DNA of 64,000 nt from Planctomycetota bacterium (GCA_038212275.1 JBBQUR010000008.1:159427-223426); one strand, 5' to 3'; counted from the stretch's first letter, positions 27,334 through 38,221 are shown. The notes: generated from the sequence alone by a model not told the origin. Program-made: numbers and translations.

Positions 27334-29796
27334 TCATTCGGCGGATGATACCGCTGGCAGCCGCCGCCACCACAGCAGTGCTGCCCCTGCGTAACAACCG
27401 GCTCCGCACAGAAGCGTCACTCGGAAACCGACCTCCATCGCCAGCATCGTGGCCAGCGGCCCGCAGAGCACGGAGGCCAGGCCGTTGCCGAGGAAGGCCG
27501 TCGACAGGAAAATTCCGTCGGCGGCAGCAGCGCCACGCCCGCCGCGCGACAGCAGCGCGCGCACGGCCAGCGGAAAGGGCATGCCGAGCAGCAGCCCCGG
27601 CAGTGCGAGGTAGGCGATGACCGCGGCCACGCGCTCAGACTGGTGCATGCCCGCGATCGCGGCGACGAGCGCATCGTGCCCGCCGACCAGCAGCCCGGAG
27701 ATGACGACCGCCGCAAGCAGAGCGACCCACGGCAGCACCGACGCCGTCCGCGCCGACGGCACGCGCGAGGCGAGCAGCGCCCCGAGTCCCGACCACACGA
27801 GCAGCGCCACGAGCACGACGGCCACGGCGAACACCGGATGCCCGAGCGGCAGCGCCAGCCGCTGCATGAGCGGCAGCTCGACGGCGAGGTAGCCGAAGCC
27901 GAGCAGCACGAAGGGCAGCACGATGCCGCCGGCAGACTCGCTCGGCCCTCGCGCGTGGGCGCCGGGCGCGTCCCATCCCGAAGCCTCTCCGGGACGCCGC
28001 GTGCCGCGCGCGAGCAGCAGCAGCGGCACGCAGAGCAGCGCCAGCACCGCGAAGCTGGCCACGAGCACTTCCTGCCCGCCCATGCGGTCGCGGACCCAGT
28101 CACCCTCCGCGCCGAAGAGCGTGCCCAGCCGGCTGTACTCGAAGAAGAAGGGCCGGTCGTCGGTGGTGGGCTCCACGTCGTAAGGGTAGGTGGCGATGAA
28201 GTGCGTGGGGTCGGGCGGCAGGAGCGCGGCGAGGTAGGTCTGATGGCTGGGCGTGTCGAGCCCGAACATCGGCGCAGCGCCGCGCTGTTCGCAGGCCGCC
28301 CGCAGCCGGGCGATCATCGCCGAGTCGAAGTCGCCGTTGCGCAGCAGGAAGAGCGAGTTCAGCTCGGCCCGCGCGATGAAAATGCGCAGCCCGGGCTGCG
28401 CCACGCCCTGCTCGCGCAGCACCTTCGCGGCGGTGAGCGCGAGGCGCAGCGTCTGGCGCGGCGGCTCGAACCACCAGCGCGTCATGCCCAGCACGCCGCC
28501 GGGCTGCAGGTGTCGCAGGTAGGTCGCGAAGGCCTCGGTCGTGTAGAGGAAGTTCTCCGACAGCGCGAAGGCGCCGGCCTCCGTCGCCGCAAACGTGTCC
28601 ACGCCCGAGAGGACGATGCGGTCATAGCGGCGGGTGTCGCGCTCGAGAAAGGCGCGACCCTCGCCGACGACGACCTCCACGCGCGGGTCGTCGTACAGGC
28701 CGTCGGTCCAGGCGCGGAAACGTTCGCGCACGGCGTCCACGATGAGCGGGTTGAGCTCCACCGCGGTGACGTGTCGCGCGCCTGCCGCCAGCGCGGCCTG
28801 CACGTCGATGCCGCCGCCTGCGCCGATGACCAGCGCGTCGAAGCCCGGCGCGGCGCCCTCGTAGAAGAGCGTCGGCGGGTAGTAAGGCAGCACCGCATCG
28901 TTGTCGGCGCCGGGCACGCGCCGCAGCACCGGCGTGATCGCCCAGGCGTCGATCGCGATGCCCTTCGTGTCCGGCAGCGGTGCCGTGCAGGACGGCGGCA
29001 GCGCCCAGAGCCCCTGGTGCTCAGGGTTCTCGTAGAGCGTGACGCGGGAGAAGCTGTTCCATTCTTCGGCGATCACGCGCTCGGGTGGCACGTGCGGGTA
29101 GTGCTTGCGACTGTCCACCGGCAGCACCTCGTCCGGCGCGAGCAGCAGCAGCGCAATGACCGCCACCGCGACGACGCGCCCCGCCAGGCTGCCGCGACCC
29201 GCGGCGCTCGCGATGGCCGGTGCGCCGCCGACCTGCGCCTTCGCGAGCAGCATCGCGCCGACGAGTGGCAGCGCCGCCAGCGCGGCGAGCACCGTGGCCG
29301 GCTCGATGAAATCCATCGCCGCCACCGTCAGCGCGGCGCCGGCGGCCCCGCCGAGAAAGGTCGCCGCGTAGGTCGGGGCGAGCCCCTCGCCTGCGCGGTC
29401 CAGCAGCGCACAGATAAGCGTGCCCAGCAGCGCGAAGGGCACGGCGAGGAGCAGACCCATCGCGAGCAGCACACCGGGCGCGGACCAGTCGGCGAGCAGG
29501 GCCGTCGGGTCGAGCGGCAGCTTCACGACGACGATGAGCGCCAGCGGCAGCGCGATCGCGGCCAGCGCCGCGAGCCGCGGCAGGTTCAGGCCGCCGCCAC
29601 GCAGCCCCGTCCTGCGGACTGCGCGCCGCACGACCACGCCGCCCGCCGCATATCCCAGCAGCGCGAGGCTCACCGCAAAAAACGCGAGGTGGTACCAGAG
29701 CAGCACGGAGAACACGCGCGGCAGCAGCACCTGAGCGCCGAGCACGCAGGCGGACAACAGCGCCGCGACGAGGACCTCTGCCCGGCGCATCGACAT
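27334..29796 (-). CDS. Membrane-embedded spermidine-synthase-like / class I SAM-dependent transferase
   Basis: TM block, WNSFSRV, LVIGAGGGID, VELNP, EGRAFL, ENFLYTTEAF, PTTDDRPFF, second TM block. Confidence 0.85.
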   Translation of the reverse strand: MSMRRAEVLVAALLSACVLGAQVLLPRVFSVLLWYHLAFFAVSLALLGYAAGGVVVRRAVRRTGLRGGGLNLPRLAALAAIALPLALIVVVKLPLDPTALLADWSAPGVLLAMGLLLAVPFALLGTLICALLDRAGEGLAPTYAATFLGGAAGAALTVAAMDFIEPATVLAALAALPLVGAMLLAKAQVGGAPAIASAAGRGSLAGRVVAVAVIALLLLAPDEVLPVDSRKHYPHVPPERVIAEEWNSFSRVTLYENPEHQGLWALPPSCTAPLPDTKGIAIDAWAITPVLRRVPGADNDAVLPYYPPTLFYEGAAPGFDALVIGAGGGIDVQAALAAGARHVTAVELNPLIVDAVRERFRAWTDGLYDDPRVEVVVGEGRAFLERDTRRYDRIVLSGVDTFAATEAGAFALSENFLYTTEAFATYLRHLQPGGVLGMTRWWFEPPRQTLRLALTAAKVLREQGVAQPGLRIFIARAELNSLFLLRNGDFDSAMIARLRAACEQRGAAPMFGLDTPSHQTYLAALLPPDPTHFIATYPYDVEPTTDDRPFFFEYSRLGTLFGAEGDWVRDRMGGQEVLVASFAVLALLCVPLLLLARGTRRPGEASGWDAPGAHARGPSESAGGIVLPFVLLGFGYLAVELPLMQRLALPLGHPVFAVAVVLVALLVWSGLGALLASRVPSARTASVLPWVALLAAVVISGLLVGGHDALVAAIAGMHQSERVAAVIAYLALPGLLLGMPFPLAVRALLSRGGRGAAAADGIFLSTAFLGNGLASVLCGPLATMLAMEVGFRVTLLCGAGCYAGAALLWWRRLPAVSSAE

Positions 29797-29886
29797 GGGC
29801 GACAGGCTAACCGGCTCGCAGCGCACTTGCACCCGGCGCGGCGTCCGCGCTTGCACCACGACATCCACCGCACCACACTGCGGCGC

Positions 29887-31782
29887 ATGAGCCCGTCGCC
29901 GCCGCGCTGGATCCTGCCCGCGATCCTCGCGCTCGCCGCCGCGCTGCGCCTGCTGGCCTGGCACGGCGCGGTGGTCATGACCAACGACGGCCCGGACTTT
30001 CTCTGGCAGGCCGGGCGACTGCTGGAGGGCGACCTGCCGGGCGCGCTGTCGCACCCCTATCACCCGCTCTACGCGGCGGCGACGGCGCTGGCGACGCCGC
30101 TCGCCCGCAGCGTGCTGCACGCCGCGCTCGCCGTGTCGATTCTTTCCGCGCTGTCGATCGTGCTCGCGGTTCGCGCGCTGGCCGCCCGCCTCTTTCCGGG
30201 GCAACGCGCGGTGCCCGAGGTGGCGGCGCTGCTTGCCGCGGTGCACGGTCGCCTGGCCATCACGACCTCGGACATCCAGAGCGACGGACTCTTCCTCGCA
30301 CTGGTGGCGCTGGCCTTCGCCACGCTGCTGGCCGCCAGCGAGCGCGGCGGTTGCCGACGACGCCTCGCACTGGCCGGCCTGCTCACCGGCCTCGCCTACC
30401 TCGCACGGCCCGAGGGACTGTTCCTCGTCGGCGTCGCCGTCCTGTGGTGGTTGGTCGCCGTCACGCGCCGCGCCCCGTCGGTGGTGGCCGGCGTGCCCAG
30501 TGCGTCGGGCGCGTCGGGCGCGTCGGGCGTGCCGGGCGTGCCGGGCGTGCGGGCGGCGTCGGCCGAGACGCACGCGACGGGACACTCACTTGCCGCCGGG
30601 CCGAGACCGGATGTCGTGCGTGCGAGCACCGGCCTGGCGTGCTTCCTTGTCGGCACCGCCGTCTGCGTGCTGCCGTATGTGTGGGCGCTGCATGATCTGT
30701 CCGGGCGCTGGGGACTGTCGCTCAAGCCGTCGTTCGCGGCCGTCGGCCTGAGCGAGGCCGGCGCGGAGTGGGCGCTGCCCGCCGGCTGTCCGCTCGCCAG
30801 CCCTGTGGTCTACCGGGCCCCGGCCGGCGCCGTGACCGCGATGCCCGAGGGCGTGCGCCGCACCGCCGAAGACGCAGGGGCCTCGGGCGCCACGGCCTCC
30901 AGCCTCCCCGCCGCGTCGACCGACGACACGCAGATCGCCGCCACGGAGCCGCCCGCGGCGCCCGCGGCGCACGGAGCGCACGGGGCGCGAGTCGATCCGG
31001 GCGTTGACACGTCGGCTGACGCGGAAGACAGGGACGATGATGCGACGACGGAGCGCGGCGCCCTCGCGGCCTTGCTGCCGTCCGTGGTGCATGCGGCCGC
31101 CGTGCTCATCGCTGCGTTGCGCGTGGACACCGCGCTGCTGTCACTCGTCGGACTGGCGCTGCTCTGGCGCAGCCGACGCGGCATGGCAAAGGCGACGCTC
31201 GCCCTGGTCGGCGCGTGGTTCGTGATCGCCGCGCTGCACTCATGGTTGAGCCACGGGCTCAGTGCGCGGCACACGCTGCTGGCCACGGTGCTGCTGCTGC
31301 CGCTGGCCGGCGCGGGCCTCGTCCGGCTGTGGACGCTGGCCGGCGCCTGGCGTGCCGCGCGCACCCACGGCTCGGGCACGGCCGGCCGCCGCGTGGCAGG
31401 AGTGTCCCTGCGCATCGCGCTCGTGCTGGTGCTGGCGGCGCATGCCGTCGCCGGCGTGCGGCCGCGGCATGTCGGCTCGGAGCCCCGCCTCGCCGCCCTC
31501 GCGTGGGCCGCGCAACACACGCAGCCCGGCCAGCGCCTCGCGGTGGAGCGGCGCAAGGACAGCTTCTACAGCGGCCGCCCGGTGCTCGAGGTCGCGCTGC
31601 CGTGTTTCGATGCGGAGCTCCTCGACAAGCTGACGCGCCACGACGTCGCGCTGCTCGTGCTCGACGAGCAGTCCGTGCAGCGCGCCGCCCCCCACTGGTT
31701 GACGGGCGGCCGCTTCGTCGAGCGCGCCCGCTTCGGCAGCGGATCGGACACGGTGCTGGTGCTGGCGCTCGTCCGCGACTGA
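29887..31782 (+). CDS. GT-C fold membrane glycosyltransferase (ArnT/PMT-like)
   Basis: TNDGPDFL after first TM, YHPLY, QSDGLF, AYLARPEG; many TMs. Confidence 0.72.
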   Translation: MSPSPPRWILPAILALAAALRLLAWHGAVVMTNDGPDFLWQAGRLLEGDLPGALSHPYHPLYAAATALATPLARSVLHAALAVSILSALSIVLAVRALAARLFPGQRAVPEVAALLAAVHGRLAITTSDIQSDGLFLALVALAFATLLAASERGGCRRRLALAGLLTGLAYLARPEGLFLVGVAVLWWLVAVTRRAPSVVAGVPSASGASGASGVPGVPGVRAASAETHATGHSLAAGPRPDVVRASTGLACFLVGTAVCVLPYVWALHDLSGRWGLSLKPSFAAVGLSEAGAEWALPAGCPLASPVVYRAPAGAVTAMPEGVRRTAEDAGASGATASSLPAASTDDTQIAATEPPAAPAAHGAHGARVDPGVDTSADAEDRDDDATTERGALAALLPSVVHAAAVLIAALRVDTALLSLVGLALLWRSRRGMAKATLALVGAWFVIAALHSWLSHGLSARHTLLATVLLLPLAGAGLVRLWTLAGAWRAARTHGSGTAGRRVAGVSLRIALVLVLAAHAVAGVRPRHVGSEPRLAALAWAAQHTQPGQRLAVERRKDSFYSGRPVLEVALPCFDAELLDKLTRHDVALLVLDEQSVQRAAPHWLTGGRFVERARFGSGSDTVLVLALVRD

Positions 31783-31964
31783 GGCGCCGCGCGACGGCGG
31801 ACGGTCCGCGTCGCGCACCATCCGCGAGGCGCACCGTCCGCGTCACGCGACGGCACAACGGCGCGACGGCATGACCGCGGGAGCCGGTTGCGCGAGCTGC
31901 GCAAGGCATGCCAGCCCGCGCGCGGGGTCTGCTATCGTCGGCCGTCCTCACCGGGAGAGTCGCC

Positions 31965-32489
31965 ATGAAACTGATGCGCGTCGCGATGCTCATGCTGCTG
32001 CTGCTGGTCCTCGGCGCGGTGGCGCTGTACCAGTACCGGTCCATGCCGTCGGTCGCCTTCGTGGGCGGAGTCGGCGACGAGATCCACCTCGACGACTTCG
32101 GCGCGACGCTGGTCTCCAGCGAGAGGCGGCCGGGGCTTGGCGAGGGCCCGTCGCACATCGGCGCCAAGGGCGTGTTCGTCCTGGTGCAGGTGCGCATCAG
32201 CAATCACGCACGGCGCGTGAACTTCCAGTTCGAGGACCGCTACCTGCGCCTCGTGGACAAGCGCGGCCGCGAGTTCGAGGTGGCTCCCGAAGCGCAGAAA
32301 TACCTGCGCGCCTCGCGCGCCAGCGGCTGCGCCGGCGCGCTGCCGCCCGGCGGCGTGTGCACCACGGAGCTGGTCTACGACGTGCCGGTCGACGCGCAGG
32401 ACCTGCAGCTGCGCATGCGCTTCGCCGGCCAGCTGCTCGACATGCTGGACACGCTGGTGTACGGCAAGCAGCGCCTCAAGCTGCCCTGA
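31965..32489 (+). CDS. DUF4352-like membrane-anchored Ig-fold protein
   Basis: N-terminal TM; FVLVQVRISN, LVDKRGREF, LPPG, LVYDVP; SD GGGAG. Confidence 0.7.
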   Translation: MKLMRVAMLMLLLLVLGAVALYQYRSMPSVAFVGGVGDEIHLDDFGATLVSSERRPGLGEGPSHIGAKGVFVLVQVRISNHARRVNFQFEDRYLRLVDKRGREFEVAPEAQKYLRASRASGCAGALPPGGVCTTELVYDVPVDAQDLQLRMRFAGQLLDMLDTLVYGKQRLKLP

Positions 32490-32574
32490 GAACGCGGCAC
32501 AGGCGAGTGAGCGCGCGCGCGCGCCGCGCTTCGGGCAGCCCGCGGACAGCACCGTCGCCCCGCGCCCGAGGCGC

Positions 32575-34629
32575 TCAGTCCTGCCGCTGCAGGGCCAGCG
32601 TGACGGAGGCCTGTTCGCCGTCCGTGAAGTCCGCCGTGAGCGTGCGCTGCCACGCACCGCGGGTCGCGCGCAGCTCGTAGCGGCCCGGCGCGAGCTCTCC
32701 GAAGACGACGCGCCCCTGCTCGTCGCTGCGGATCGGCGCCCAGCGATCGGCCCGCTCCGGCGCGCCGATGCAACGCACGCTGACGGTCGCGCCCGGGATC
32801 GGCGTGCCCGCCTCGTCGCGGACGCTGACCGCCAGACTTGCGCTCCGCACGACCTGCACGACGCGCTCGCCCGTCGTCGCGGTCAGCGTGAACCAGTCCT
32901 CCTCGGTGAGGCTCGTGGACCATCCGCGGCCGACATCGGCCACGCTCAGCGCATAGCGTTCGCCGATGCTCAGGTGGTCGAGGCGGAAGCTCCCGTCGGC
33001 GTCGGTGGTCGTGCCCGGGCCGGGCTGGATGCTGCCGTCGAGCGGGTTGGCGTGATAGGCGACGACTCTCCGCCCCGCGACCTTCGCGTCGGGTTCGGCG
33101 GACATCACGCGCCCCGTGAGGACGCCGTCGTCGCGCGACTCGGCGGTGGCGATGACGCGCAGTTCGGAGCTGCCGGCCGGTACGTCGGGAAGCACCGCGC
33201 CCAGAGGCCCGCGCGCGGAAGCCCTGGCCTCCTGCGGCGTCGCGCCGTGCCCGTCCTCGGACCACTGCACGGTGAGTCGATAGCTGGCCGCGGGATGCAG
33301 GCCGCCGAGCACGAACTCGCCGCGTTCGTTCGTGCCGGTGAGGCGCGCGCCATACAACGCCGTCGCGTCGGGCGCACCGGCTTCCTCGTGTTCGAAGCGC
33401 CACGCGGCGGGCACGGCTGTCACGATCGCGGAGTGCAGCAGCTCACCATCAGCGGACAGCACCGTGCCGGAAATCAGGGCCGGCTCTCCGAGCATGAGCG
33501 TGACGACGGGCTTTGGCTGCAGCTCGGTGACATCCACGTGCAGGGCCGCGCTCGGCGCGTTCAGGCCGTCGGCGGCCACCAGCGTGTAGCGACCGGGCGC
33601 TGCGAGCGCGATGCGGAACTGGCCCTCGCTCACGGGCGCCGAATTGTCCTGCGGCGACGGCCGATCCTCGGGCGCCTGGCCCTGTTCGTGGTGCGCGAGC
33701 TGCGCGTCGGCCCAGCACGTCACGTGGCCGCTCGCTGCGGGACGGCCTTCGGGGTCGAGCAGCAGTCCGGCGATGGCGTAGTCCGCCGTGAAGGCCAGCG
33801 TGAGCCGCGTGTTTTCGCCGGCGCGCGCCGTGACGCGCTCCTCGGGCGAGAAGACGCCGCCCGCGCTGGCCATGATGCGGAACAAGCCGCCGGGGTCGAG
33901 CAGCAGCCTGAACTCGCCGTGCGCATCGGTGCGCAGCGGATCGGGCAGGCGCGCGCGGCCCGGACCGGCGGGCGTGCCAGCCGACGCACACAGCACCAGC
34001 GTGTCCCGCGCGGGGCGGCCGTCCGCACGCTGCACGGAACCGCTCACCAGCGCAGGCGGCTGCAGCATCAGCGACACCAGGCCGCTGGCATCCGCGGCGG
34101 CTCGCGCTTCGGCGACCGACCACAGGCCGCTGGTTCCGGCCCCGTCCCTGTCCGCGACGAGCTGCTGGTCCGGCGCGTTCACGAGCAGCACGCAGCGACC
34201 GCCCGCATCCGTCGTGGCGACGCGCAAGGGTTCGTGCGGCGGCCAGTCGTCTCCCATGCTGACCGGACCGGGCGGCCACAACGCGACGCGCGCCAACCTC
34301 AGGGGCTGGCCCGCGGCGCTCAGAACGAGCAGCGAGAGGCGGCCGGCGCGCGCGTCGGCTGCTCCGTCTTCGGCGTCGGCAGCGGTGGCGGCAGCGGTGG
34401 CGACAGCGAGCGTCCCGGCCGCAGCCGCCTCGGCATGCAGCGCGGTGACGGCCGTCACGGACGCTGGGCCCGCCGAGCGCGCGGGCCTCGCTCCTGCCGC
34501 GGGCGACCTCGGCCACCACAGCAGGGCCGCCACGAGCAGGACGCCGGCGAGCGCCGCAAGCAGCACGGTCGCCGCGCGGCCCGCAACGTCCGCGGCGTGC
34601 GCGGCGTGCGCGTGCGGGCGGCGCGTCAA
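32575..34629 (-). CDS. Membrane-anchored protein with multiple carboxypeptidase-regulatory-like (transthyretin-like) domains, paralog 1
   Basis: N-terminal TM; repeats G.V...DG.P / TDA.G.F.L..L.PG.Y; TTG start overlaps thrC stop. Confidence 0.75.
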   Translation of the reverse strand: MTRRPHAHAAHAADVAGRAATVLLAALAGVLLVAALLWWPRSPAAGARPARSAGPASVTAVTALHAEAAAAGTLAVATAAATAADAEDGAADARAGRLSLLVLSAAGQPLRLARVALWPPGPVSMGDDWPPHEPLRVATTDAGGRCVLLVNAPDQQLVADRDGAGTSGLWSVAEARAAADASGLVSLMLQPPALVSGSVQRADGRPARDTLVLCASAGTPAGPGRARLPDPLRTDAHGEFRLLLDPGGLFRIMASAGGVFSPEERVTARAGENTRLTLAFTADYAIAGLLLDPEGRPAASGHVTCWADAQLAHHEQGQAPEDRPSPQDNSAPVSEGQFRIALAAPGRYTLVAADGLNAPSAALHVDVTELQPKPVVTLMLGEPALISGTVLSADGELLHSAIVTAVPAAWRFEHEEAGAPDATALYGARLTGTNERGEFVLGGLHPAASYRLTVQWSEDGHGATPQEARASARGPLGAVLPDVPAGSSELRVIATAESRDDGVLTGRVMSAEPDAKVAGRRVVAYHANPLDGSIQPGPGTTTDADGSFRLDHLSIGERYALSVADVGRGWSTSLTEEDWFTLTATTGERVVQVVRSASLAVSVRDEAGTPIPGATVSVRCIGAPERADRWAPIRSDEQGRVVFGELAPGRYELRATRGAWQRTLTADFTDGEQASVTLALQRQD

Positions 34630-35939
34630 GCCGACGGCACCGGGCACTGCCGCGGCGGCTCGCGCGACCCGCCCGCCGCCGCGATCGCGTCCCAGTTCAC
34701 GGCGGACTTGTCCACGCGCGGCAGCGCGCCGGTGGCCGCCTCCATGACCTCCACGTATTTCTGCACGGCGCCGGTGTTGAAGAGCACCACGGTCTCGTCG
34801 CGGCGGATGTGGCCGGCGGCCAGCGCGCGCTGCAGCACGCCGAGGCACACGGCGGACTCGGGGCAGAGCGACAGGCCTTCCAGCTCCATCGCCTGCCGCA
34901 TCCAGCCCGTGATGCCGGCCTCGTCGGCGGACATGGCGCGGCCGCCGCTGGCGCGCACGGCGTCGAGGATCATGAAGTCGCCGACGGCCCGCGGCACGCG
35001 CAGGCCCGACGCGATGGTGTTCGGCGACTCGGGGTCGACTCCGAAGCGCTCACCGGCGTCGAAGGCCGCGGCGATCGGCGCGCAGCCCGAGGACTGGCAG
35101 GAATAGAGGCGCGGCATCGACGTGTCCGCGAGGAAGCCCAGCTCGAAGAGTTCGCCGAAGGCCTTCCACATGCCGATGAGGCCGGTGCCGCCGCCGGTCG
35201 GATAGAGGATCACGCCGGGCAGGCGCCAGTCCAGCTGCTCCGCGAGCTCCAGGCCCATCGTCTTCTTGCCCTCGATGCGATACGGCTCCTTGAGCGTGCT
35301 CATGTCGAACCAGCCGCAGCGCGCGGCGCCCTCGCGCACGATCGCGCCGCAGTCGGTGATGAGGCCGTTCACCGTGAAGGCGTGCGCGCCGAAGAGCGCG
35401 GCCTCGCAGCGGTTCACCGCCGGCGTGTCCTCCGGCATGAAGACGAAGGCCTCCATGCCGGCGCGCGCCGCGTACGCCGCCAGCGCGCCGCCCGCGTTGC
35501 CGGCAGTCGGCAGCGCGACGCGCGTGACGCCCAGCTCCTTCGCCATGCTCACGGCGAGCGCCATGCCGCGCGCCTTGAACGAGCCCGTCGGCAGCCGGCT
35601 CTCGTCCTTCACGACGAGGCGCGCGACGCCGAACGCCGCCGCGAGCCGCGGGCACTCGACGAGCGGCGTCATCGTCTCGCCGAGCGACACGATGTTCTCC
35701 TCGCGCTCGAAGGGCAGCAGCTCGCGGTAGCGCCAGAGCGAGGGCGCGCGCGTCTTCAGCGCCGCGCGCCAGCGGTCCGCATCCCACTCGGCGGCGAGGC
35801 GCGGCAAGTCGTAGCGCACCCACAGCGGCCGCCCGGCGTGCACGCTCTGCAGACTGCGCGCCGGGAGCAGCGTGCCGTCGATGGCGGCTTCCAGATGCGT
35901 GACGTGACTGGCGTGGCGGGCATCGCGGGCGTGGCTCAT
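34626..35939 (-). CDS. thrC: Threonine synthase (PLP fold type II)
   Basis: LWRYRELLP, KDESRLPTGSFKARG, PTAGNAG, EPYRIEGKKTMG, YPTGGGTG, FNTG. Confidence 0.88.
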   Translation of the reverse strand: MSHARDARHASHVTHLEAAIDGTLLPARSLQSVHAGRPLWVRYDLPRLAAEWDADRWRAALKTRAPSLWRYRELLPFEREENIVSLGETMTPLVECPRLAAAFGVARLVVKDESRLPTGSFKARGMALAVSMAKELGVTRVALPTAGNAGGALAAYAARAGMEAFVFMPEDTPAVNRCEAALFGAHAFTVNGLITDCGAIVREGAARCGWFDMSTLKEPYRIEGKKTMGLELAEQLDWRLPGVILYPTGGGTGLIGMWKAFGELFELGFLADTSMPRLYSCQSSGCAPIAAAFDAGERFGVDPESPNTIASGLRVPRAVGDFMILDAVRASGGRAMSADEAGITGWMRQAMELEGLSLCPESAVCLGVLQRALAAGHIRRDETVVLFNTGAVQKYVEVMEAATGALPRVDKSAVNWDAIAAAGGSREPPRQCPVPSA

Positions 35940-36000
35940 GCCCCGCAAGACTACGAAACGCGCAGGGCAGCACCGCCAGCGATGCGCGGCGCCAGCTCGG

Positions 36001-38190
36001 TCAGCGCAGCGTGAAGTTCGCTTCCGTCGTCGCGCCGGAGGCCACATCCACCGTGGTGCGGGAGGTCCGGCCGTCGTGCTCGCAGCTCAGGAGCCAGCGG
36101 CCGGGACGCAGGTCGTCGAGGCGCAGCACGCCGTCGGTGTCGGTGCGCGCCGAGGTGCGTGTGCCGGTGATCCACGACGAAGCCGGCGCACCGAGCGCCT
36201 CGGCCTCCACGAAGGCGCCGGCCACGGGGCCGCCGTCGCCGACGAGCGTGGCGTGCAGCGAGCCCGTGCGCTGCAGGCGCACCGTGACGGGCCGCGCATC
36301 ACGCTGCGGCGCCACGCCCTCGAGATGCTCCGGGGCGAAACCCGCGGCGCCGATCGCGAACTCGTGGCGCGCGCTCGCCTGCAGCCCGTCCTGGCGAAAG
36401 CGTCCGGCCGCATCCCGGATACCGCGCGAGGTCAGGCTGCCCGTGAGGCGCTCCGACAGCAGCGGCAGCAACAGGACATTGAACTCCGTCACGGGCTGCG
36501 AGGTGGCCGCATCCACGACGAGCAACTCGATCGCCGCGTCCCTGCGATCTTCGTCGCTCACCACGATCGTCAGGTCGGTCATGCCGGCCGGCACGTCGTG
36601 GAGCAGCACGCGCTCCCACTCCGGAGGAAGCGCCGAGGCGCTGGCCGCCGGCTCGTCGGCCGTGCCGTCCACCGCGTCGTCTGCCGTGCCGTCTGCCGTG
36701 CCGTCCGCCGCGCCGTCTGCCGCGTCGTCCGCGGAGCCCTCCCTGCCGGCTCGCGGAGATTGCGCCATCACGCTGTAGAGCTGGTGCGGCATCAGTCCTC
36801 GCAGGACGAAGCGGCCGTCGTCATCCGCAGCGGTGGAGACGAGCTTCAGGCTGTCGTCCCGCAATGCCGCGAGGCGCGAGTCCGCGGCCGGCGTCCATGC
36901 GGCGCTGAGGACGGCGCGTGGCATGGGCCGCCCTTCGGCATCCATGACGCGACCGCTGATGATGTGCAGCGCCTCGCGCTCGGCGGGCGGGATGAAGCGC
37001 GGCCGCAGCACGACCTCCACGCGGTCGAGCTCCGGCGGCACCGTCACGTGCAGCGGCTCGTCGAGTTCGCACGCGGGCGACAGCGACCACAGCACGCCGC
37101 TGCCGGGCAGGCGCAGCGCCAGCTCGAAGCGCCCCTGCGCGTCGGTCTGCAGGCGCACGCCGCCGCCCGCCATCCTGCGCGCGTCCGGGTCGAGCATCGC
37201 GTCCGCGCCGTCGTCCGGCAGGAAGACGATCGTTGCCCGCGGCACCGGGATACCGTCACCGTCGAGCACGACGCCGAGCAGGCGCTTGCTGCCGGGCAGG
37301 CGCAGCACGAGGCCGTCGCGCTGCTCGAACATCTCGCGGCTGCCGAGCCAGTCGCTCAGCAGGTCGCCGTCCTCGGCGCGCACGATGAGTCCGTCGCCCA
37401 GATGCGCCTCGAAGTGGAAGCGGCCCGTCGCGTCCGAGGTCAGCGCCGGCGGGACGTGCGACGAAGCCGCCGCATACTGCGGCGCCTGCACCGTCACCAG
37501 CACGCCGGGCGCCGGACTGCCGTTCGCGTAGAGCACGCGACCGGTGGCCTGGAACTCGGGCTGCAGCGGCACGACGAGCAGGCGCGGCGCTCCGGCCCGC
37601 GTGGCGTAGGTCGTCAACTGCAGGACGCCCGAACAGCCCGTGCCCGCGAGCGACACGCGCAGCAGCGGGGCCTGCCCCTGCGCCGGCACGAGGCAGCGGC
37701 CATGCTCGTCGGTCAGCAGGTCGAGGACGATCGCCAGCGCACCGCGCTCCACGGTGGACAGCGTCAGCACCTCGACGCGCGCAGCGGCGACGGGACGGTC
37801 GGCGCCGTCCACGACGAGGAGCTCGCACGCCGCGCCCTCGCCGGCCTCCGCGGGATCCCAGCGCCGCGCGACGTAGGGCTGGTTGCGGGCGCGGCCCCGC
37901 CGCCAGGTCTCGTTCGCGTCGCGTGCCGGCTGCGGGACCGCCGCGGGACGCAGCTCGAGCGACTCGCGCAGCGCCGGCGGAACGACCGGCGGCGCGGACG
38001 TGAGCACCCCGTCGCGCGCGCCCGGCTCCGGCGGCGCGAGAACCGAGGCGACCTGCGCCGGCGACTCGTCCCCCTCATGATGCGCGAGCAGCGCGAGCCC
38101 GAGCAGCAGCGCGGCCGCCGCACTGGCGAGCACGAGGAGCAGCGGTGTCGCGCGTCCCGCTGAGCCTGTCGTGTCGTGAGCTGCCGGCAT
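36001..38190 (-). CDS. Carboxypeptidase-regulatory-like domain repeat protein, paralog 2
   Basis: N-terminal TM; TDEHG, SDATGRF, TDAQGRF, TDTDG..LRPGRW repeats; TAGGAT 7 nt before ATG 38190. Confidence 0.78.
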   Translation of the reverse strand: MPAAHDTTGSAGRATPLLLVLASAAAALLLGLALLAHHEGDESPAQVASVLAPPEPGARDGVLTSAPPVVPPALRESLELRPAAVPQPARDANETWRRGRARNQPYVARRWDPAEAGEGAACELLVVDGADRPVAAARVEVLTLSTVERGALAIVLDLLTDEHGRCLVPAQGQAPLLRVSLAGTGCSGVLQLTTYATRAGAPRLLVVPLQPEFQATGRVLYANGSPAPGVLVTVQAPQYAAASSHVPPALTSDATGRFHFEAHLGDGLIVRAEDGDLLSDWLGSREMFEQRDGLVLRLPGSKRLLGVVLDGDGIPVPRATIVFLPDDGADAMLDPDARRMAGGGVRLQTDAQGRFELALRLPGSGVLWSLSPACELDEPLHVTVPPELDRVEVVLRPRFIPPAEREALHIISGRVMDAEGRPMPRAVLSAAWTPAADSRLAALRDDSLKLVSTAADDDGRFVLRGLMPHQLYSVMAQSPRAGREGSADDAADGAADGTADGTADDAVDGTADEPAASASALPPEWERVLLHDVPAGMTDLTIVVSDEDRRDAAIELLVVDAATSQPVTEFNVLLLPLLSERLTGSLTSRGIRDAAGRFRQDGLQASARHEFAIGAAGFAPEHLEGVAPQRDARPVTVRLQRTGSLHATLVGDGGPVAGAFVEAEALGAPASSWITGTRTSARTDTDGVLRLDDLRPGRWLLSCEHDGRTSRTTVDVASGATTEANFTLR

Positions 38191-38221
38191 CACGCGCATC
38201 CTACCCGGCATGCGCACAGGC

